Below, piece by piece: positions 48,956 to 60,568 of a DNA stretch of 64,000 bases. The translations under genes and the position numbers were made by a program. The DNA lies in the NCBI GenBank assembly GCA_963662275.1, contig OY759316.1, positions 640,001 to 704,000 of the forward strand, given 5' to 3'. This DNA comes from Candidatus Cloacimonadales bacterium (lineage in GTDB: Bacteria; Cloacimonadota; Cloacimonadia; Cloacimonadales; DAONDQ01). The notes below the pieces were generated by a model, which saw only the letters and a program-made list of their open reading frames with translations, did not search any database and was not told the origin of the DNA. Position 1 is the stretch's first letter; each line of letters starts with the position of its first letter.

Positions 48956-51900
48956 TTACTTTCGTTCTAAAGGTTTTGTTAACGATTGCTCTTCTTTTTG
49001 CCAAGACTTTCTACGGTGTGAATTTACAAATTGTTGCATCTGGATTCGTGTACCAACAAAGCCTATGACAAAGTAATATTGTTGAGCATCCTGGTCCAGA
49101 GCGTTTAAATGTGTATAATGAGTTAAACCTTCCGTTGATGCCAGGAACTCAAATGGTACATTAGGATCATTTGCATGATAAATCAGATAGAAATTAACAG
49201 TTACATCATTACCTTGCAAATCATGTGTAACCGGACTCCAACTCAGTTCCAGGCTATTATTCTGCCTGATGACATGCATGTTCTGCGGAGCTGAAAGCGC
49301 TGCATTCTGAATAACAATATAGTTGACCTGGACAATGGAATCAACTAAAGTACTCGTCTGAACACGCAATTTAATAGTATAGAATCCCTGTACAGCAAAA
49401 GTATGAGAAGGATTCATTTCATAGGAGTCCCAACTTCCGTTATTATCAAAATCCCAGGCATAAGCGGAAAGCGCAGGATCATGTCCTAGGCAGACACTGG
49501 TGAATTGAATCACTTCTCCAATAGTTTCAAAGCGCTTATCTGCTATGAAGCCTGCTTTATGCAAATAAGGTATAGCTCCCTGGTCTGCTAATGTTCCATC
49601 TTCATCTTTTTTCTCATGGAGACCGCCAGCATCAATACAGGGGCTATCCAATGTCAGATTGAAATCATCTGCGAGAGGATTCCTGAAAAGAGGATTGGTG
49701 TTTATGTTACCAATTCCCTCGTATAAACCACCAGAAAAGCTGATATCATTGTAATCAGCAGCCAACCGTGAGCCTGTTTTCTCAACAGGTTGTGGATTAG
49801 GTACATCATTCCAGCAGATATTTTGTACAAAACGTAACTCTGAACCGACCAGTTTGAGTGCGTGGCTATATTGGTTTATAGTATTATTGCGGATGGTCAG
49901 ACTGTCAGCAGCATTAATTGAGATAGCCCAATTGGCTGTTCCCGGATTACTTGAATAAAAACTACTATTCAAATAAAGCTGGTTATGATCCACTATAGGA
50001 AGTGCAGCCGAACCAATGATCTCGATGCCCATCGTGCAATTCTTGATCGTATTTCCTGTGATACGCATGCGATTGCTATCAGGAATCTTGATACCGGTAC
50101 CGTAGTTCTCGAACCAACAATTTTTGACCAATCCCTGGCGGGAATCCAGCAATATCAGACCAATTCCGGTATTTCTATTACTATTACTACTGTTACGAAT
50201 ACGCAGATTGCTGAGTGTTGGAGCTGCTGTTGCTGCTCGACTGGTGTTAGCGAATTGTATACCAACAGCATAACCATCTATGGAATCATTCACGATAAAC
50301 ACTTTATCCATATTATCCAAATACATCCCAAATGTTCCCACAAGTCTGCTGTTGGAACTGTTTCGGATTCTAAGATTTGATAACGACTGTGTCCCCGTAC
50401 CTGCCCTATCTAATTGGCGAAGGTAGCGAATTCCGATAACATATCCGTCAATGTCACAGAGGTTAACTTTTGCATCTACTGATCCCTGGAACAACATACC
50501 AATCGTATCTGTTCGATTAGAATTACTGCTGTTCCGAATTCGCAGATTACTTAATGTGGGTGTGCTTGTTGCTGCCCGATTTGTCTCTTCGATCACAACT
50601 CCGTTATTGAATCCGGTAATGGAATCATTATCAACAATCACTTCTGGTAGCCCACTCAAGTATATTCCGGTTTTGCCGGTACTTCTTGAATTACTGCTGT
50701 TCCGAATTCGAAGGTTAGATAAGGATGGTGTCGTTCTTTGTATGGGAGCGGAACCAGAATAATAGATTCCGAACATCACTTCTTCAATTACTGAATTTGT
50801 TATCTGGGCTATAATGTTACCTGTTAATACAATTCCGTAGTTATCTGTTCGGTTGGAATTACTGCTATTTCGAATACGAAGATTGGACATTGAAGGTGTT
50901 GCCGTCCCACGTGCCTGATTCACAATTTCAATGCCTTTCAGGCAGTTGCCAATACTGTCATTCTCAATGATTACATTTGCCATGTTTTCCAGATAAATAC
51001 CCGTATTATTGGTACGATTCGAATTACTGCTATTACGAATTCGCAGATTGGAAAGGGAAGGAGTTGTTCTCCCCCCAGCCTGGTTTCCGCGTTGGTACTT
51101 AATACCGTAATCGTAATTTTCAATCACCAAGCTATCCAATTTAGCATCAATATCACCATTTAATAGTACGCCTATCGCATCTGTCCGACCTGAATTGCTG
51201 CTATTACGAATCCGTAAATTGGATAATGAAGGCGTAGTGGTTGCACGTGTCCCAAGATTTTCAATCACAATACCTTGGTTATAGTTATTAATTATCAGAT
51301 TAGTCAGATGGGGTGAACCACCACCAGTCACAAGGATGGCTGCACCAGTGGGAGTAGTGAGAGTGGAGTCGATTTCAATAGTACAACTGTCGACTTCAAT
51401 ATCAGAACCTTCAATCAGAATAGGTTGCAGAGCATTAAAAATAAAGCAGTCATTCAATTGGCTTTCATCAGAACCTGTTCCGAAAACAAGTCCTCCCCAA
51501 CTACCACCCTCGAGTGTACCAAATGAAACACTATCAGCCGAAAGGTTTCCATTTACAACAAAGGTGGAATCTGCCAGGAAGTTGACAACAACACCTGATT
51601 GGATTGTTAAAGAATCTGTAGAAGATATATCCAATCCACCCATAATATAGAATGGTGAACCTGTTGTTTCCCAGTCACCAGATACAATATCCGTGTTGGA
51701 AATACCTGTTCCCTGGGCAATTACATGAACTGCCACGTCTTGAATGACAATTTCACGGTATAGAGTATCTTCAACCGCTACCTGTAAATTCTCCACAAAA
51801 TCACTATCAGAAGTTGTAGATAAATTAACGATCGTACCCTCAACTGAAGAGATCAGATTGACTGTTGGCAAAACACTAACTCTTTGCGTTGACCAGTCTG

Positions 51901-54900
51901 TTCCGCTGATATAGGGACGAACATTAAAACTGTAAGATGCATTTTTATTGAAATATATCGTTGAAGGAAGGCTGAGCGTCAGGACATCATTGACATTCGT
52001 AACTGTGACTTCCACAACGAAAGTAGCATAACTGCTGGTTCCATAATTATCCCTTGCGATGAATCTGATATTTTCTGTTCCCCACCAGTTGGCTTCAGGA
52101 TGCAATGTCACACTTCCTTCTTCAATATCCACGAGAATATTTTCAGCACCGGATATTGAGAATGATAGTGGATCCCCATCAGGGTCATTGAAGATTTCAT
52201 ATAGATGGAGACTATAATCTTCTGTATCCTCAGCAAAAGTTATATTTGTAGGAGGAGAAGTAATAATTATTGGAGGATCATTTACAGGAAGGACATGCAG
52301 CAAAAAGGATTGTGACACAGTACTGCGAACTCCATCATCTGCCGTTACCCTGATGGAATCTGTGCCATTCCAGTTGGGAGCAGGAGTGATTGTATATAGA
52401 CTATCATGACCTTGAATATCATAATTATCACTCACCGAGAAATTATAGGTTAACACTTGTCCATTAGGGTCAGTGAATGCTCCTGCCAAATTCAGTATAT
52501 AGGGAGTATCTTCGTTAATAGTCAAATCAGCAATCTGATGACTAATAACTGGAGGAGTGTTTGTAGCATGAATATATTCGTTTTTGGTTGTCGTTGTCTG
52601 GTACGAGAGAGTATCAGTACCGGATACGGATGAGTATCTAACTGTAAGACCAACATCATAAGTTCCAATTCCCTGGTAAACATGAACAGGATTCTGTAAT
52701 TTAGATGTGTTACCATCACCGAATGTCCAATCCCAGGAATTAATATTTGCCCCTGGTTCATCTACATATGACTGATCTGTAAAACTGACAGTCAAAGGAG
52801 CTCCACCGGTTGTTTGGGATGCAGTGAATTCTGCTTTGAATGACTGCCGGTTCAAATGTAAGGTTACAGGGATAGTTCTGATTGGGTTAAAACTATCATT
52901 CGTCGTTAAAGTGATAACTCCATTATATACTCCAGGCGTATTATAGGTGTTGAAATAGTAACAACAATTAGTACTAGAGCCAGCCCCCACTTTAATGTCG
53001 GCTGTCCCAAGATAATAGATACCCAAGTTGCACGTCAAAAAGGTAGTATTGCTTGATTCAACATGTATTGCAAGAGAATCAGCCCCAGTATTCGTAATAA
53101 CAAAAGAACCTACGATGGAAGTGGGGCTATTAGCTGCTTCTGCAGTATAATCAATACTATCAATTGATACAATAGCGACTGGTATATCCAAAAGCTGAAT
53201 TTGAAGATTATAATCACCAAAATCATTTGGCAGACCGGTTCTTGATTCTCTCTTTATCTGTCGTGCAGGTCTATCAATCTTTAAGTAGTAATAGCCGGAA
53301 CGACCCAAAACAGATGTGCGAATCAGTGGTTGAAGATCTCCTGCTGAGTTATCATCAGTTGCTATCAAATCTGCTGAGTTCACTTCAGTTTGTACCATTG
53401 GATATGGACCGTATAGGGAAGCTTGCAAATCAATCGGAATATATTCAGCACATTCAGTTTTAATTTCCAGCATATAAGAAGATAGTTCCGATCCAACATA
53501 GAACATATAATAATCTACATCGTAACCGGGAAACATGTTTGCATGGCGGCTTAAAGCTGGTATTTCCACGTTGGTTGCATATCCGGCAGTCTCATTATAA
53601 TCGCAAGACTGGGGAGTAAATAGAACTGTCTCTGTAGGTACTGATTCTGTTGTCCCATATAAAGCTTTCACCCAATAACTGGCTGGTTCATGTACACGAT
53701 CTCGATAATGGAGTGAATCCATTTCCATAATCATTTCTGGAGTTTGTGTTCCAAATTGACGATAGAGACGATATGCATCCGGTACAGAGGAATAAGGTGC
53801 GTTCCAGGAGATGTTCACATAACCTATTGCCGTAAAATCATCTGCGCATTGTAAGTAGCTGGGGGGTTGAATGGGAACAAAGAAAGTATATGTAGCCTGC
53901 TCAATTGTACTGCTTGTCCAATCGGCTTTATAAGCGATCGCCTTGATAGTTTGGTTAGAACTCACAAAGATAGGAACGGAATATAAATTCCCATTGGAAG
54001 GACTCGGATCAGAACCATCAGTTGTGTACATTACTGTTGCATCAGAAGGTATGGGTGAATTGATTGCCACATACTGTTCTGTCGAATAAGAGCCTTCTGG
54101 TGGACTAAACACGGGTGTGTTAAAAGCAACCTGACCAGTGATGATATAACCAGCCGAAGCAATATCACTATTAGACCATCCTAGTTTAGTGGCTATTGCT
54201 TTGATAATCATGTTTGTGTTTAATGGAATATAGATTGGAATTACATAAAGTGGAGAATCGGAATTCGGATCTGTACCATCAATGGTATAATGTATCTCTG
54301 CCCCAGATGTTGTAAAACTCATTGATACAGTCTGCGCATTCGTATAAATTCCTGGAGGAGGCATAAACTGGGGAGAAGATACAACGAAATTATAAGTAGC
54401 CGTCGTGACAGCAGACGAATTCCAGTCTGTTTTGTATGCAATAGCATTGATTGTTTGGTTTCCATCAACAGGAATAACCCCTGTGTATAATATTCCATTT
54501 GTTTCTGTAGGAGTTGTCCCATCTATTGTGTAACGAATATATGCATCCGTTGTAGCGGAATAGATCGTTACAGACTGTGGTTCATTATATGTGCCTGGCA
54601 TAGGTGAAAATTCAGGTGCTGCCACTTGTTGAGGGATAGGTCCGGGTGTGAATGTATGTGTTCCCAAATCGGTAAAAGTATCGATAGGATAAACAATCCA
54701 CTGGGAATTATCCGCATTTGTTCCGGCAGAAGCTGCCCAATCTGTGGTTGGACTAATAACTGTTGGTTTTCTTACTATTGTGTGATTTAGCATAGCTCCA
54801 ATAGTACCAGCGACATCCCATCCGGCCACTCCTGGATCAGTTCCCTGCAAACCAATTGTATCAATCAGGAAACCATTCTTGAAAAGACCAACTGCATCAT

Positions 54901-57688
54901 TACCATTAAAATAAGTAATCGTGCTGGTCGTATCTGCTTGTGCTAAAATAGTGGCATTCGCAGTGACGTTCGCAATCACAAACGTTTCATTATGTGCCAG
55001 GGTACGAGTGGATATCAGGCTAGTACTCCATGCTCCACCGTTAGCAGCGAGTTTGATTGTGTATTGACTCAAATTGACAGGTGCTCCTGTTCCATTGAAA
55101 ATTTCAACAGCTTTGTTATTGCTGCTTCCTTCAATATATTCTGAAAAGAACAGATCGGAAGCCACGGTGCTACTGCCGGATAATGTTGTGAATTGCCATG
55201 TTGAATTATCTATGGCATCTCCCAGGCTATTATATGGAACCACCTTCCAGTAGTAAACCTGGGAATTATTCAATGGAGAGGTAAGTGTGTATGATGTGTA
55301 ATTTCCATTGTCAAATCCATTAATCAGGTTCGAAGGCGGATAATCAGTTCCCAGGTAGAACTTATACCCATTTTGAGTATCAGATGCATTCCAATTAAAA
55401 GTGGTCGTTAAACTCACATCCAAAGCATTATTCAGCGGACTCACATAACTAACCGCCGAGGGTGGAGAAGAGATAACAAATCCAGTAACATATAAGCTTG
55501 CTTGTGAAGCTCCTGTACTGTTATGAGTTATGTACCCATAACATGAATCAGCCATAACACCAGAAAGACGCACATACACAAGTCCGTCATATGCTGAATC
55601 TAAAGATAATAAAGTACTATATGTACCATCTGCTGTAGTACAAATTTCGTAACCATGGGGAGCCATTACCTCTATTGATGTTGAAAGATCGATACCCGTG
55701 ACATGGTAGCTTTGCGGACTGGATGGTGCTCCAATAGTTGATGTAAAACTTGTTAACGAACCAGTGACATCAATGAACGGATTAAGAACTCCCGGGGTGA
55801 AGGTATGAGAACCTAAATTCGATATATAATCAATGGGATATACAACCCATTGCGAATTATTGGCAGTTGTTCCCGCAGAGACAGTCCAATTGGTTGTCGG
55901 TCTGGAAATACTGGCTTTCCTAATGAGTGTATGATTGAGAGTAGCATCTGGAGTTCCGGCTACAGTCCAGCCTGAACCAGCACCTGGATCAATACCCTGT
56001 ACACCTATTGCATCAATTAACAAACCATTCTTGAACAATCCAATGGCATCATTTCCATTGAAATAAGTGATTACACTAATCGTATCCGCCTGTGCTAAAA
56101 TAGCAGCAGTTGCTCCAGCATCTGCAATGATAAAAACATCATTGTTAGGCAGTATACGGTGAGTTGTAATATCGGGTGACCATGCTCCGCCATTCGAGGC
56201 AAGCCTGAAAGAATATTGACTTAGATCAACAGAAGCACCAGTACCATTAAAAATCTCAATTGCTCTGTTATTACTGGTACCTTCAATATATTCAGAAATA
56301 AAGAGATCTGAAGCTATAGTTGCTGGATCCGGCATGGTAGTAAAATCCCAAATCGGACAGAATTGCGCTGATTCAACTGACTGGTTGGGAATTAATTGCC
56401 AGTAATACTTTGTATTGTATGATAAGGTAGGCAAATAATCGTAGGAGAGAGATGAACCGTTAAGATAAGCATCGTTCACAATATTGGTTGGGGGGTTGTC
56501 TGTACCGACATACAGATAATAACTCATTAAATATGTTGGCTCCCCAACTTGCCAGTTTAAAGTTGTATTGATACTGACTCCGGTGGCATGGTTCTCAGGA
56601 GTCGCCCCTGGTGTTGAGAATGACCAAATAGGGCAATCAGTAGCATCTCCGTATGAATTGTAAGGTACAATTTGCCAGTAATATGTCATCCCAACGGCTA
56701 TTGGCTGCATCGTATTGTAGGATGTAGTACTACCGAGATCATATGCATAATGAAGATTCGTGGGTGGATAATCTGTGCCGTAATTAAGCTTGTATCCAGT
56801 TGCCATAAGAGATATATCCCAATTTAGCGAAGTGGATAAACCCACATCGGATTGTAAATCCATTGGGCTTGTGGGTGTCGTTGCTGAAGGAGGAAAGCCT
56901 ATAGGTGGAGAATCTTCTGTAATAAACTCCCAAACTGGGCAATCCACGGCATCCCCGGATGTATTGTAGGGAATGACTTGCCAATAGCATGTTTCGTGAT
57001 AACCCAATGTTGGAATATATAAGATCGTATTCGACATACCATCAACCAACGAGAATGACGTTGGAGGATAAGATGTTCCATAGTATACCTTATACCCCGT
57101 TGGGTCAGTATAATCAGGACTTGATGTATAAGTCCAACTCAATGAGCTTGATGATATCGGAACACCGGTTGCAAAATTAGGAGGATTGGGAGAATTTGCC
57201 ATATAAGGTTTCGGATTCACAGACGTGCCAAGGGGAGGAACTTCTTGGGCTGGTTCAAGAATATTGATAGTTGTAGTTCCTGCGGGAATCACATAATCCC
57301 ATTGTGTTGTTTGTTCCGGAAATTCATCAGTCTTGGTGACAGTAATTCTTAATGTCTGTCCTTCTGCCCAGGGAGTGGTAAAAGTGCTTAGCTGAACAAA
57401 TACTGCAACATAATCGTCAGGAGCATCACCTAATTTAGTGAGACGTATGTTATTATACGAATCTGTATTGGTATCAAGCCCTTCTCCTGTTGTTTCCAGG
57501 ATATCAGCTTGTATCCTGTAATTTGAATAGGATGTGTTACCGGAATTTGTAACAAGTGTACGAATATCTATTCCATTTTGAGCAACTACTTTCTGGTAAT
57601 ATGTTCTCGGATTACCGGTGGCATAACTTGAGACTACAAGAAGAAGTAAGAATAATGACAAAACTAATATTTTTTTCATAATGATCAT
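48956..57688 (-). CDS. Giant (2910-aa) secreted surface protein: FN3-like repeats, two lamin-tail domains, three Fn3-associated/CHB_HEX_C-like repeats, PKD, cadherin-like repeats, beta-helix
   Basis: Signal peptide; DLF.SEYIEG.SNN.A.EIFNGTG twice; YT.DG..P three times; WTFGDG and WDFDN PKD motifs; SPCIDAG. Confidence 0.88.
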   Translation of the reverse strand: MIIMKKILVLSLFLLLLVVSSYATGNPRTYYQKVVAQNGIDIRTLVTNSGNTSYSNYRIQADILETTGEGLDTNTDSYNNIRLTKLGDAPDDYVAVFVQLSTFTTPWAEGQTLRITVTKTDEFPEQTTQWDYVIPAGTTTINILEPAQEVPPLGTSVNPKPYMANSPNPPNFATGVPISSSSLSWTYTSSPDYTDPTGYKVYYGTSYPPTSFSLVDGMSNTILYIPTLGYHETCYWQVIPYNTSGDAVDCPVWEFITEDSPPIGFPPSATTPTSPMDLQSDVGLSTSLNWDISLMATGYKLNYGTDYPPTNLHYAYDLGSTTSYNTMQPIAVGMTYYWQIVPYNSYGDATDCPIWSFSTPGATPENHATGVSINTTLNWQVGEPTYLMSYYLYVGTDNPPTNIVNDAYLNGSSLSYDYLPTLSYNTKYYWQLIPNQSVESAQFCPIWDFTTMPDPATIASDLFISEYIEGTSNNRAIEIFNGTGASVDLSQYSFRLASNGGAWSPDITTHRILPNNDVFIIADAGATAAILAQADTISVITYFNGNDAIGLFKNGLLIDAIGVQGIDPGAGSGWTVAGTPDATLNHTLIRKASISRPTTNWTVSAGTTANNSQWVVYPIDYISNLGSHTFTPGVLNPFIDVTGSLTSFTSTIGAPSSPQSYHVTGIDLSTSIEVMAPHGYEICTTADGTYSTLLSLDSAYDGLVYVRLSGVMADSCYGYITHNSTGASQASLYVTGFVISSPPSAVSYVSPLNNALDVSLTTTFNWNASDTQNGYKFYLGTDYPPSNLINGFDNGNYTSYTLTSPLNNSQVYYWKVVPYNSLGDAIDNSTWQFTTLSGSSTVASDLFFSEYIEGSSNNKAVEIFNGTGAPVNLSQYTIKLAANGGAWSTSLISTRTLAHNETFVIANVTANATILAQADTTSTITYFNGNDAVGLFKNGFLIDTIGLQGTDPGVAGWDVAGTIGAMLNHTIVRKPTVISPTTDWAASAGTNADNSQWIVYPIDTFTDLGTHTFTPGPIPQQVAAPEFSPMPGTYNEPQSVTIYSATTDAYIRYTIDGTTPTETNGILYTGVIPVDGNQTINAIAYKTDWNSSAVTTATYNFVVSSPQFMPPPGIYTNAQTVSMSFTTSGAEIHYTIDGTDPNSDSPLYVIPIYIPLNTNMIIKAIATKLGWSNSDIASAGYIITGQVAFNTPVFSPPEGSYSTEQYVAINSPIPSDATVMYTTDGSDPSPSNGNLYSVPIFVSSNQTIKAIAYKADWTSSTIEQATYTFFVPIQPPSYLQCADDFTAIGYVNISWNAPYSSVPDAYRLYRQFGTQTPEMIMEMDSLHYRDRVHEPASYWVKALYGTTESVPTETVLFTPQSCDYNETAGYATNVEIPALSRHANMFPGYDVDYYMFYVGSELSSYMLEIKTECAEYIPIDLQASLYGPYPMVQTEVNSADLIATDDNSAGDLQPLIRTSVLGRSGYYYLKIDRPARQIKRESRTGLPNDFGDYNLQIQLLDIPVAIVSIDSIDYTAEAANSPTSIVGSFVITNTGADSLAIHVESSNTTFLTCNLGIYYLGTADIKVGAGSSTNCCYYFNTYNTPGVYNGVITLTTNDSFNPIRTIPVTLHLNRQSFKAEFTASQTTGGAPLTVSFTDQSYVDEPGANINSWDWTFGDGNTSKLQNPVHVYQGIGTYDVGLTVRYSSVSGTDTLSYQTTTTKNEYIHATNTPPVISHQIADLTINEDTPYILNLAGAFTDPNGQVLTYNFSVSDNYDIQGHDSLYTITPAPNWNGTDSIRVTADDGVRSTVSQSFLLHVLPVNDPPIIITSPPTNITFAEDTEDYSLHLYEIFNDPDGDPLSFSISGAENILVDIEEGSVTLHPEANWWGTENIRFIARDNYGTSSYATFVVEVTVTNVNDVLTLSLPSTIYFNKNASYSFNVRPYISGTDWSTQRVSVLPTVNLISSVEGTIVNLSTTSDSDFVENLQVAVEDTLYREIVIQDVAVHVIAQGTGISNTDIVSGDWETTGSPFYIMGGLDISSTDSLTIQSGVVVNFLADSTFVVNGNLSADSVSFGTLEGGSWGGLVFGTGSDESQLNDCFIFNALQPILIEGSDIEVDSCTIEIDSTLTTPTGAAILVTGGGSPHLTNLIINNYNQGIVIENLGTRATTTPSLSNLRIRNSSNSGRTDAIGVLLNGDIDAKLDSLVIENYDYGIKYQRGNQAGGRTTPSLSNLRIRNSSNSNRTNNTGIYLENMANVIIENDSIGNCLKGIEIVNQARGTATPSMSNLRIRNSSNSNRTDNYGIVLTGNIIAQITNSVIEEVMFGIYYSGSAPIQRTTPSLSNLRIRNSSNSRSTGKTGIYLSGLPEVIVDNDSITGFNNGVVIEETNRAATSTPTLSNLRIRNSSNSNRTDTIGMLFQGSVDAKVNLCDIDGYVIGIRYLRQLDRAGTGTQSLSNLRIRNSSNSRLVGTFGMYLDNMDKVFIVNDSIDGYAVGIQFANTSRAATAAPTLSNLRIRNSSNSNRNTGIGLILLDSRQGLVKNCWFENYGTGIKIPDSNRMRITGNTIKNCTMGIEIIGSAALPIVDHNQLYLNSSFYSSNPGTANWAISINAADSLTIRNNTINQYSHALKLVGSELRFVQNICWNDVPNPQPVEKTGSRLAADYNDISFSGGLYEGIGNINTNPLFRNPLADDFNLTLDSPCIDAGGLHEKKDEDGTLADQGAIPYLHKAGFIADKRFETIGEVIQFTSVCLGHDPALSAYAWDFDNNGSWDSYEMNPSHTFAVQGFYTIKLRVQTSTLVDSIVQVNYIVIQNAALSAPQNMHVIRQNNSLELSWSPVTHDLQGNDVTVNFYLIYHANDPNVPFEFLASTEGLTHYTHLNALDQDAQQYYFVIGFVGTRIQMQQFVNSHRRKSWQKEEQSLTKPLERK

Positions 57689-57693
57689 CTCCC

Positions 57694-58719
57694 TTATTTC
57701 GAAGCTTTGGAAGATTTCGTAGCATTTGAAGAACTTCTAGTAACTGGCCATGTATTACTAATAGTGGCATTGACAAACAAAGGCATTCCAACTGTTACGC
57801 TAAAATCTCCGTCATAAAAACCACCAAGATTGGTCGCGGTTACCCAGTTTTGCATTGAAGGATCCCACTTGCTTACTTGATCAACATTTCCTATTGAAGC
57901 AGCCACTTGACTTGCCAAAGATAGTCCAGTGAGATTCAATGGAATCATCACCGTGTTCAAACCTTCAAGTAAGGAGTAGGAAATTGGAGTTAATGGAATA
58001 TCGCCAGTGCTATAAAAATCGAATGACGCAAGTGCATTAATCATTAATGGCATACCGGGAGATAAAGTAAATTCATTATCCCACATATCCCCTAAATAAA
58101 CAGAAGCAATCCAACTTGCAGATGGAGAATCCCAATAAGCTATCATATCAACCAAACCTGGGTAAGCAGCAGAAATACTACTTACCGATGTAAGACCACT
58201 ATCCATTGGCAAGGCAATAAAATTGAGACCTGGTGTAATTACATATTGCATGGAGTAGTACAATGGCGGAATGTTCTGCGTAGGACTTGTGATAGTGATT
58301 TGAGCTGTTCCGGTTGGAATCACATAATCCCATGATGTGGATTGATTAGGTATAATATTTGTCATTGTGACAGTAATTCTCAAAGTCTGACCGGCATGCC
58401 AAGCGGTCGTAAAAGTTCCAAGCTGGCAGAATACTGCTGCATAATAAGGAGTTGTTGTACCATTGCCTGCCTTATATAAACGAAGAGAAGAAGTGGCTGT
58501 TCCTGTGGCAGTACTCAGTACTTCACCGGTTGTTTCCACAATATCTGCCGTAACTGTGTAATTAGAAGCTGTAGAGCTAGTAACAGTTGATGAAACCAAT
58601 GTCAGGATGTCAACCGTGGGGCTAACGACCTTCTGATAATATGCTCTTGGAGTACCTGCTGCTTGCAGTACAGCAATAAGAAGTAAACAAAAAAATAACA
58701 AAAGCAATGACCTTTTCAT
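57694..58719 (-). CDS. Secreted protein sharing its N-terminal domain with the giant protein, followed by two internal repeats
   Basis: Signal peptide; GLN...P...WD...W...GMPL..NA twice; GGAGG RBS. Confidence 0.8.
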   Translation of the reverse strand: MKRSLLLLFFCLLLIAVLQAAGTPRAYYQKVVSPTVDILTLVSSTVTSSTASNYTVTADIVETTGEVLSTATGTATSSLRLYKAGNGTTTPYYAAVFCQLGTFTTAWHAGQTLRITVTMTNIIPNQSTSWDYVIPTGTAQITITSPTQNIPPLYYSMQYVITPGLNFIALPMDSGLTSVSSISAAYPGLVDMIAYWDSPSASWIASVYLGDMWDNEFTLSPGMPLMINALASFDFYSTGDIPLTPISYSLLEGLNTVMIPLNLTGLSLASQVAASIGNVDQVSKWDPSMQNWVTATNLGGFYDGDFSVTVGMPLFVNATISNTWPVTRSSSNATKSSKASK

Positions 58720-59181
58720 TAAAAACCTCCCTCGAGACTATGTATTTTTGATTGTAAAATCTAATAAAACACCGAAGAAAAGAATGACAAATGATGAGTG
58801 ATGAGTCAAGAACAATTTCAATTTTATAGCTAGAAACATAAGATTTTTTTTACTTTCTTCTTTATAGTACCTTCGCTTAACACATGTCTTATTGAATATT
58901 TGCCGATTATATCTGCATTGTAGCGAGTTTTGTACAATAATATATTAATTAGATTTATATCATCTTTTTTTTGTTCTGAAATAAACAATCGAACCCATCT
59001 GCCTTATCACTTACTTCTTTCATCTCAGCTCTTGCATACTTCATTTTACATAATAAATGCAACACTCATGAAGTATTCATACAGTATCTATAAAGCATCC
59101 TTTGGAAGAAAATGGAATTTGTATTGATTTTAATTTGAACTTGCTTATTTTGAGAATTTTATAATTTACCTAATTGTGCTT

Positions 59182-60315
59182 TCAAAGTTCAACAAGTATC
59201 CGTAATTTAATGAAAAGCTTAAACAATGGATCGGTAAATGAATAAACTGCTCCATTTTTTTGTAGGATTTCAGATTCTAATAGTTTGTTAATAGCTCTTT
59301 GGGTAGTAGAAGTAGCACTCAAATGGTATTTATTTTGAAAATCAAGAGTAAAGGGATTGGTGTTTTCCTGTGATATGGCACATATTACTTTCTGCTGATA
59401 ATTACTTAGTCCTTCCCATATTTGATAGAAATAATCCTGCAAGTTATCCAAAATGTTCTGACAGGCTACATCTAATATCTCAGTGCTTGGTAAGATATCA
59501 CTACCCTGCACTAATAGCCAAACCTCTGATGCTAGGAATTGTACATAATTTGGGATATTGTCCACTCGAAGGATAATTTCCTCTGCATTGGATTTAGATA
59601 ATGAAACCTCAGTTGATCGAAAACGTTCAATCAGGAAATCACACATGAACTCAGGATTGATCTTATGTAACTGCATAATTTTACCAAAGCGATAAAAAGA
59701 GCTTTCTGGTTTATTAAATAAATTCAACAACAAATGGTGCTTACTGCCGGAAAAGATATAAGAAGTGTTTTTATGAAACTGAATGACTGATCGAAGTAAA
59801 TTATCAAATCTATCTCCATTTAATTTGGTAATTTCCTGAAATTCATCAAACACAACAAGCCATTTGCTTTTTTTATCCAGTATCTCAGTCAGATTCAACG
59901 TATCTTCCAAAGTCTGTGATATATCAGAGCCTGGCATCACATTAATGGACAAAACCGGATTCCCAGTTAAATCAAATGAAATACTTGGTACTATACCACG
60001 AATCAGAGAGCTGATCTTCTTCAATAAAGATGGTATAGGCTTTTTATATTCTTTGAAAATAGCCTTTGTACATAGTTCAATAAAGTCCAATTTGGAGGAA
60101 ACACGGTAAAAATCGATATATATTGTATGATATCCTTGTTTTTTCAATTCCTGCGATGCTTTGAATAGAATAGATGTTTTTCCATACCTTCGAGGTGAAT
60201 ACAGGACAAAATTATTCTGATTGAGGACGTTATCCCTAATTTCAACAAGCTCTTGCTTCCTGTCAGTAAAATACGGTTCTTGGACAACTTTGCCATATTG
60301 AAATGGATTCTGCAT
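59182..60315 (-). CDS. Archaeal-ATPase-like AAA protein with C-terminal winged helix
   Basis: NPFQYG..FTDR..E, SPRRYGKTS, FDEFQ and DPLF motifs. Confidence 0.85.
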   Translation of the reverse strand: MQNPFQYGKVVQEPYFTDRKQELVEIRDNVLNQNNFVLYSPRRYGKTSILFKASQELKKQGYHTIYIDFYRVSSKLDFIELCTKAIFKEYKKPIPSLLKKISSLIRGIVPSISFDLTGNPVLSINVMPGSDISQTLEDTLNLTEILDKKSKWLVVFDEFQEITKLNGDRFDNLLRSVIQFHKNTSYIFSGSKHHLLLNLFNKPESSFYRFGKIMQLHKINPEFMCDFLIERFRSTEVSLSKSNAEEIILRVDNIPNYVQFLASEVWLLVQGSDILPSTEILDVACQNILDNLQDYFYQIWEGLSNYQQKVICAISQENTNPFTLDFQNKYHLSATSTTQRAINKLLESEILQKNGAVYSFTDPLFKLFIKLRILVEL

Positions 60316-60568
60316 CTCTTACCCCTTATTAAATTAACATAGTACAAAATATAATAAGGAATAGGAAACTGACAAGTTATTTTACGCATAAATAGATAAT
60401 TATTTTTACGCTTATATGCGTAACGCATGTTTGCGTAATTACCTAATACCTAATACCTGGAATCTTCTTCAATATTGCATCGCAAAGAATGCGACCTATC
60501 CACCGATGAGGAATCAGCGCTCCAGTTCTTCTCTGCAATTCTTGTCTGCAATTTTTAATTTTTAACTT

